A stretch of DNA of 64,000 bases, from positions 29,447 through 93,446 of the IMG/VR virus record IMGVR_UViG_3300010885_011653. The stretch is one strand, 5' to 3'. Within the stretch, counting starts at the first letter, position 1. Every line of letters begins with the position of its first letter. The notes below the pieces were generated by a model. The model had not been told where the DNA came from. It saw only the letters and a list, made by a program, of their open reading frames with translations, and did no database searches. This document shows positions 57,736 to 64,000 of the stretch, one piece after another. The stretch comes from a virus. The translations under genes were made by a program, and so were the position numbers.

Positions 57736-60700
57736 ATGGCAATTGCACGTATAACAGGACCAATGCTACAAACTGACCTAGAACGTCAGGGTGTAAATCT
57801 TTCAATTGATGGTAACCTAGTATACGCTGATGTATCTAATCGTCGTGTTGGTATTGGTAATACAAGTCCTCAATACACATTAGATGTCAACGGCAATGCA
57901 CACATTGGTAATCTTTGGGTATTAGGCAACACTATTAGCAGTGACACAGGCAAGGTTAATTTAGGTAGTGCAACCAATCTTGTAATCACCGGCGGACAAT
58001 CTAATTATATTTTAACCACAGACGGCGCAGGCAATCCAACTTGGGCAAACATCAGCGCACTACAAGCCAATGTTGGTGTTGATGGTACAAGTATTATTTT
58101 AGGCACACCAACTGACGGTAGCTTAACAGCTAATGCCGCATACGATGGGTGGAGCTCAACTACTACATTAACCAATGCCATTGATAACCTAAACCAAGTA
58201 GCACTAAATCTTGGACAAGGTACCTTTGTTGGTAATGTACAATTTACTGCTAATTCAACATCTGGCGCAAGTCCCAAGACTATTTTGTTTACTGGTACAG
58301 CCAGTGGTAATCCAAATGTTTACTATTGGGATTTTGGGGATGGGAATACCACAACAGGTAGCAGTTCAGTATCTCATACCTACGCCAATGTAAGCGGTGG
58401 AACATTTACAGTTTATTATCGTGCATCAAATAGTTCTGGTACTTGGTCTGGCAATGCTGCCAGTGGTGCAATTGGTAGTGTGGATGATTTCACTCGCACT
58501 AACTATGTTGTGTTATATACACCAAATCCAATTCCATCTTTTACTTCTAATGCTACTTCTCTAAACACCGGCGGTGCAGTACTATTAACAGACTCTAGCC
58601 AATACGAAACTGACTATTCAGTATATTGGGGTGATGGCACTAAGACTATTAGTTCAACTGCCGGCGGTACACAAAAACACACATACACTAATGCAGCCGG
58701 TGACGCAACCTATAGTATTATACTACAGGCTAATAGTACCACAGCTGGCCCAAGCAACGTATCAGTAAACAGCGCAAGTACTACAACCAAAGTTTACAGT
58801 ACACATACTCCTTTATTCTCAGCTAATACTACAAGAGTGGTTAACTGGGAATCAAACGGTGGGGGCCTAGTTCGTTATACTAACAGCACAACCAGTGCCC
58901 CGGGGAGTGCTGCCACATTTGGCGCACAACAAGTTTACCAATATTGGTGGAGTGATAGTACAGCCAATACCAACGTGGCCATTGGTGTAGGCACAACCGG
59001 GTCTGGTGACACAGGCCAATATTTAGATCATACCTATGCCCTAAGTACAGCAAATCAAGCCGCAGGTACAACCATCACTTACGATACACAGTTAAGAATA
59101 TTTAACGGACATACAACAAGCCCATTTAGCAGTACCAACGTAAGTGTTATTGTTGAGCCAAGTGTTCGTAGTAATATTACTGCTCGTGCCAATGTGGTTA
59201 GCGATGCCACAGGAGATAATGGTCTGAGTGGATATATCTTTACAGACTATAACGGATACGATCGCGCACTATTTACATATAACACAGCCGCTCAAAACTC
59301 TACAGTATATAACTGGGGGTGGGGCGATGGCACAGCATCTGGTAATATTACCACAGGTGTTGGTACAACATCTGCTAACATTACATACGCTTATGCTTCA
59401 ACTGGAACTAAAACAGCTAACCTAACAGTTTATGGCACCCCCGGAACTATTGCACAAAGTAATAGCAAATCAGTAACAATCACAATTAAGAGTAATCCTA
59501 CAGCACCCGGTAACCTAATCGCCAAGACATTGTCAATGAGTAGTGCCAGCCAAGGTACAGCTCCATATATGGCAGTAAGTGCAACAGATAACACAGCAGG
59601 AAATATTGCATCAGCTGGTACAGCAGTTACACGTTATATAAGCACTACACCTTTGGTATCTGGTACTGTTACACAAGCTAACAGTTCAACATCAGGAACA
59701 TTGACCGCGGTTATCAACGGTACAGGCGATGGCAACGTAGCATTTAGTACCAGCACCAATGCCAGTGGCACATATACCAGTTTGATAGTTGATGTTGATG
59801 CTGATGCCCATTCAGCAATTAGTGGAACATACCCAACTGGATTCTATAAAGTATTCAGTGCTCATACCAGCAAAGCCTTAACTGGATTTGGTCTAGGTTA
59901 TAACGATATTAATCTAAATCACAGCGCAGCCGGCAAAACTAATAACGTGGGCTTTGTTAAAGATGATGTTACTGGTGTACCGGTTGTGGTAACATCCGGT
60001 GTTACAGTTTCAAACGTATCAGCTACAACCATTCGTTACATATCTAGTATTCCATATTACCAAGCTGGTGGTAATATTGTAGTACAAGGTTTGCAGGCTT
60101 ACAGCTGGATTGGACAAACATATCAAAATACTACTACTCCGGTAACCATGTGGGCCAACACTACTTTAGCTGAAGGTCGTTCTGGTACACTATATGCCAA
60201 TGTAACTAAAACCTACGCACAAATTGATGGTGCAACAACATTCTTAAGTGGTGGCATACCAAAAGCCAACACCGGCAATGTGATTACAAACAGTTATACA
60301 TTTGGTAACTTATACATTAACGGTATTGGTGATACAAGTGTAGCCGCAGTCGGTAACGCCAACGTGACTATTAGTAGTGTTAACGGTGTAAACACATCGG
60401 TGTCGCTACCAAAATTCTTAAACGTATACAGTTCTGCTCTCAGTGGATTTGATGAAACAAGTATTTCTTGCAGTTCAAGTTTAGGCGGCACATACACCGA
60501 CGTAGCTAAACGTATTAAGATTAGCGGAGCAACAGGCGACAACCCAACCTATAGTAATAGTACCAACTACTATACAACTTATGCTTGGACAGGTAGTCAA
60601 ACTATTGCGGCAACAGACGAAGCAGTGGTTCGTTGGGGCAACTTAAAAGTAAATACCACAAACTACAGTACCAGTTACTTGCCAATTGGTCCAGACTTAG

Positions 60701-61107
60701 CTACAGGTAGAACCACAACACAGTATTTTAGATTTGCCTTTAGACGTACCAACGTGGCAAACTTTGATATTGCTATTACTGGTAAGATCAGTGGATTGTA
60801 TGTTGCGGCACCGGGCACACAAATTGATACCACTAGTACTTTAAATGGATGGATAGATGCAAACGTACAATATGCAGGATCCGGTATTCCAGGAGCTGAT
60901 ACCGGAGCCAGCGGCAACGGCGGCAACGGTTGTGCATTGACCACAGCAGATAAAGTTCCAACTGGTGTATTAATTAATGGTACAGCATACACATTAACAT
61001 TAGGTAGCGAGAACCTAAGTAATGCATATGGAAACCAATGTTTGCTTAATATCAAACTAGGACCAAATGATTACATAACAGCATTGAGTATAGGAGTAGC
61101 TACGTAA
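57736..61107 (+). CDS. Large virion protein with about four PKD/Ig-like domains
   Basis: YYWDFGDG, VYWGDG, YWWSD and YNWGWGDG, each followed by HTY/YAY; fibre-type N-terminus RRVGIGNTSPQYTLDVNG. Confidence 0.75.
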   Translation: MAIARITGPMLQTDLERQGVNLSIDGNLVYADVSNRRVGIGNTSPQYTLDVNGNAHIGNLWVLGNTISSDTGKVNLGSATNLVITGGQSNYILTTDGAGNPTWANISALQANVGVDGTSIILGTPTDGSLTANAAYDGWSSTTTLTNAIDNLNQVALNLGQGTFVGNVQFTANSTSGASPKTILFTGTASGNPNVYYWDFGDGNTTTGSSSVSHTYANVSGGTFTVYYRASNSSGTWSGNAASGAIGSVDDFTRTNYVVLYTPNPIPSFTSNATSLNTGGAVLLTDSSQYETDYSVYWGDGTKTISSTAGGTQKHTYTNAAGDATYSIILQANSTTAGPSNVSVNSASTTTKVYSTHTPLFSANTTRVVNWESNGGGLVRYTNSTTSAPGSAATFGAQQVYQYWWSDSTANTNVAIGVGTTGSGDTGQYLDHTYALSTANQAAGTTITYDTQLRIFNGHTTSPFSSTNVSVIVEPSVRSNITARANVVSDATGDNGLSGYIFTDYNGYDRALFTYNTAAQNSTVYNWGWGDGTASGNITTGVGTTSANITYAYASTGTKTANLTVYGTPGTIAQSNSKSVTITIKSNPTAPGNLIAKTLSMSSASQGTAPYMAVSATDNTAGNIASAGTAVTRYISTTPLVSGTVTQANSSTSGTLTAVINGTGDGNVAFSTSTNASGTYTSLIVDVDADAHSAISGTYPTGFYKVFSAHTSKALTGFGLGYNDINLNHSAAGKTNNVGFVKDDVTGVPVVVTSGVTVSNVSATTIRYISSIPYYQAGGNIVVQGLQAYSWIGQTYQNTTTPVTMWANTTLAEGRSGTLYANVTKTYAQIDGATTFLSGGIPKANTGNVITNSYTFGNLYINGIGDTSVAAVGNANVTISSVNGVNTSVSLPKFLNVYSSALSGFDETSISCSSSLGGTYTDVAKRIKISGATGDNPTYSNSTNYYTTYAWTGSQTIAATDEAVVRWGNLKVNTTNYSTSYLPIGPDLATGRTTTQYFRFAFRRTNVANFDIAITGKISGLYVAAPGTQIDTTSTLNGWIDANVQYAGSGIPGADTGASGNGGNGCALTTADKVPTGVLINGTAYTLTLGSENLSNAYGNQCLLNIKLGPNDYITALSIGVAT

Positions 61108-64000
61108 TGGCAATATCTGATTCACAAAAAGTAGACTATCTGTTTAAGAAGCTGGGCTTTGGTGTAACCAAAACAGATACCACTGCTTTCAAAGAAGCCT
61201 TTAACGAATCTATTGCTAGTCCGTTGCTATTGCGTGGCGAAAACATTTGGCAACAGGCAGGATCAATTCCTGCCACTATTCCAAGTGCCAGTACCAGTCT
61301 AGTAACAGTTTATAAAGATAGTCCAGGTTCTTGGACTGCCACAGTCCAATGTACCGAAGACGTCACAGCCAGCGACAACAGAACTTGGAAAACCAACTCA
61401 GTTGATTGGATTTCAACTGAGTTTGGATCTACGTACCAAGTTAAAGTTTATATTGATACAACTGGTGCAACAACACCACAAACAACTGGCACACAAATTT
61501 TTGCCGCAGGCTCAGGCAACAGCGACGAATGGTTCTTTGACTATCAATCAGGCGTATTGCATTTTATTGGTACTAACATTCCTAGTGCAATCACCACAGG
61601 AGTAACAGGTAAAAGTATTTTTATCAGCGGAGCTAGATATGTTGGCGCCAAAGGTCCAACTTTTCCTGCAGGAATCACAGTTGGTAACTTAACTATCAGT
61701 GGTAACAACATCACTAGCAGCAGTGGTAATGTGACTATTGCAGCCGATTTATTTGTTACAGGTAATACTACGTTGGCTGGTTACAGCGATATTACAATTT
61801 TTGACAGCATCATAAATTTACATACACAGGCCAATCTTGCCGCTTGGACTACCAACGATGGTAAAGATATTGGTATTAAGATGCACTACTATGATGGGCA
61901 AGATGCTCACGCAGGTTTAGTTCGTGCAAATGATACAGGATTCTTAGAATGGTATGCTCGCGGCATTGAAGGATACGGAAATGTATTCCAAGGCAATGCC
62001 TACGGTACTATTAAAACCGGTGAGCTTCTATTATCAAACTCTACATCAAGTACTAGTACCAGTACCGGAGCATTGCGTGTATTAGGCGGAGCAGGCATAG
62101 CTGGTAACGTATTTGTTGGAAACATACTAACCAATGGATATTGTTATGCCAATGGCAATCCATTTACTAGCTATACCAATAGTGATGTAGCCGCATATTT
62201 GCCTACGCATACAGGTAACATCAGCGCGGGCAATATTACAGTTACCAGTAACATTTACGGTAATATTAAAACAGATTACATTTCATCACTGAATAATGCT
62301 GTAACGGTATTCACAGGATCAACCGCGGTTAAATTACCAACTGGCACCACAGCACAACGACCATCTGGACAAAACGGACTAATACGATTTAACGTTGACT
62401 TACCATCTATAGAATATTTTGATGGTACTATTTGGGTTCCAATTACCAACACAGTAACAGACCAACAGATTACACCAGACGGCACAAGTACAACCTATTC
62501 GTTGGATCAAGAAGCAACAACCATTGGGGTTATTGTTAGTATCAACGGTATTATTCAACGCCCAACAGTAGCTTATATTGTTAATACAAATCAAATCACT
62601 TTTACAGAAATTCCAGAAGCAACAGATATCATTGACATTCGTTTCTTGGGAGCGGCCGTAACTATAAATTCTACATTAACTGATGACTTGGTAGTATCTG
62701 GCAATTTAACAGTCAATGGTAATATTGTTAATACCAACAATTTTTATACATACGGCAATACACAAGTAGCCGCATATCTTGTTGCCAATCCACAAGGTAG
62801 TACATATAGCAATGCCAATGTTAAATCGTACTTGACGCAATTTGATGGTAACATAGTTCCGAGTGCCAATGTGACTTACAGTTTGGGTACTAGTACAAAT
62901 CAATGGCGAGACCTGTGGGTCAGCAACAACACCATCTATATTGGCAATACCCCGGTTACAGTCAGTAACGGCACCCTGCTGATAAATAACACGCCAATAA
63001 TTGGTGGCTCAACTTATAGCAACACCAACGTGGCTGCTTACTTGACAACAGATGCAACCGTTACCACATTACAAGCCAATCTTGGAGCAACACAGACGTG
63101 GGCCAATGCCAACATTGCAAGCATTAATGCCAATATTGGTGGATTCTATACTTGGGCCAATACTAACTTTGGTACCAGTAGTTACAGCAACACCAACGTG
63201 GCTGCTTATCTTGTTGCTAATCCACAAAGCAGTACGTATAGCGATGCCAACGTGGCTGCCTATATTACTGGCAACTTGTCTACTATAAACGCAAACGTAA
63301 CCGGGGCTAATGCCGCAATTGTGACTGCCAATACTGCAATGAAGTCGTATGTGGATGCGGTGACTACTGCGTGGACTACAGCCAACACCATACAATCAAA
63401 TCAAATCACTGGTGCCAATGCCGCTATAGTCACAGCCAACTCGGCAGTTGTGAGTTATGTTAACACACAGACCAACAGTTTAGCCACCGGAGCCAATGCC
63501 AATGTGTTGGCCTACTTGAACTCAGGATTCACCGTCACTGGTAATATCACTGCTGGCAACTTGGTGGTCAACGGTAACATCACATACAATGGCGCACAGG
63601 TCACTACTGGTACGATTACGGCAGATTACATACAAGCAGAAAAGTCAGCAAATCAAACTAGTGTGGGTATCAATACTGATGTCACATTCAATGTGACCGC
63701 TACAAGTTCTGGAATAAGTCAAACCAATGGTGTGTTTACACTCACAGCAGGAAAGACTTATTTGTTGCAAGCAGATTTATGTATCAGTAATTTTAGTGCA
63801 ACTACCGCGTATGCGTGGTGGAGTTGGGTGGATTCTACTACCAATGCTCAACTAGATACCTCAAACGGCGGTGCAACGGCAACTGGTAGTTCTGGAGTGG
63901 CAATACCTGCAACTTGGGTAGGAAACAATGACCAATATGCTGGAACTGCTAGACTTATCTATACTCCTGTAACTAACCAAACAGTAAAATTAAGAATCAC
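61107..64000 (+). CDS. Long fibre-like virion protein (>960 aa, truncated at window end)
   Basis: Not in the ORF track. ATG at 61107 overlaps the previous stop (TAATG) and reads MAISDSQKVDYLFKK.... Spot checks near 62760 and 63960 are in frame and open. Contains YSN.NVAAYL repeats. Confidence 0.85.
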   Translation, partial: MAISDSQKVDYLFKKLGFGVTKTDTTAFKEAFNESIASPLLLRGENIWQQAGSIPATIPSASTSLVTVYKDSPGSWTATVQCTEDVTASDNRTWKTNSVDWISTEFGSTYQVKVYIDTTGATTPQTTGTQIFAAGSGNSDEWFFDYQSGVLHFIGTNIPSAITTGVTGKSIFISGARYVGAKGPTFPAGITVGNLTISGNNITSSSGNVTIAADLFVTGNTTLAGYSDITIFDSIINLHTQANLAAWTTNDGKDIGIKMHYYDGQDAHAGLVRANDTGFLEWYARGIEGYGNVFQGNAYGTIKTGELLLSNSTSSTSTSTGALRVLGGAGIAGNVFVGNILTNGYCYANGNPFTSYTNSDVAAYLPTHTGNISAGNITVTSNIYGNIKTDYISSLNNAVTVFTGSTAVKLPTGTTAQRPSGQNGLIRFNVDLPSIEYFDGTIWVPITNTVTDQQITPDGTSTTYSLDQEATTIGVIVSINGIIQRPTVAYIVNTNQITFTEIPEATDIIDIRFLGAAVTINSTLTDDLVVSGNLTVNGNIVNTNNFYTYGNTQVAAYLVANPQGSTYSNANVKSYLTQFDGNIVPSANVTYSLGTSTNQWRDLWVSNNTIYIGNTPVTVSNGTLLINNTPIIGGSTYSNTNVAAYLTTDATVTTLQANLGATQTWANANIASINANIGGFYTWANTNFGTSSYSNTNVAAYLVANPQSSTYSDANVAAYITGNLSTINANVTGANAAIVTANTAMKSYVDAVTTAWTTANTIQSNQITGANAAIVTANSAVVSYVNTQTNSLATGANANVLAYLNSGFTVTGNITAGNLVVNGNITYNGAQVTTGTITADYIQAEKSANQTSVGINTDVTFNVTATSSGISQTNGVFTLTAGKTYLLQADLCISNFSATTAYAWWSWVDSTTNAQLDTSNGGATATGSSGVAIPATWVGNNDQYAGTARLIYTPVTNQTVKLRI
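62745..63270 (+). repeat. YSNxNVAAYL-type coding repeats
   Basis: AGCAACACCAACGTGGCTGCTTA at about 63018 and 63186; related units near 62750, 62805 and 63238; TATCTTGTTGCyAATCCACAA occurs twice. Confidence 0.75.

Noticed and set aside
1-64000. Alternative genetic code (stop-codon reassignment)
   Set aside because: Core genes are full length under the standard code, and TAA, TGA and TAG all occur as stops at tight gene junctions.

Overview
This window is a gene-dense, AT-rich segment of a large T4-like (contractile-tailed) bacteriophage genome read with the standard genetic code. From left to right it has five blocks. (1) 1-9860, minus strand: an operon of four tandem radical-SAM enzymes, an SGNH-like protein, three GT-A-type glycosyltransferase-like proteins and unknown ORFs, driven by a near-consensus sigma70-type promoter. 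(2) 9933-40255, minus strand: tail fibre and baseplate genes, including three paralogous fibres, a Gly-rich adhesin-like protein, a 3971-aa baseplate-associated protein, gp6, gp25, gp5, an SLT-bearing hub, gp53 and a gp48/54-like gene. (3) 40386-45288, plus strand: late sigma factor gp55, gp47, an SGNH-like gene, gp46 and a GIY-YIG nuclease, followed by a 500-bp highly structured non-coding region. (4) 45788-46845, minus strand: a gp26-like chaperone with a canonical -1 slippery site that would fuse it to a 72-codon downstream ORF. (5) 46907-64000, plus strand: tape measure protein (split by a 1-bp frameshift), portal, core, protease, scaffold, major capsid protein and decoration/fibre proteins. 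T4-type late promoters (xATAAATA and variants) precede most structural genes. No tRNA, rRNA, CRISPR array or transposase was seen. The strongest candidates for undescribed biology are the putative ~450-nt pseudoknotted ncRNA linked to the GIY-YIG gene, the radical-SAM/glycosyltransferase operon beside Asn-sequon-rich fibres, and the lambda G/GT-style frameshift in a T4-type gp26 gene. All product calls come from motif recognition by eye; no database search was run.
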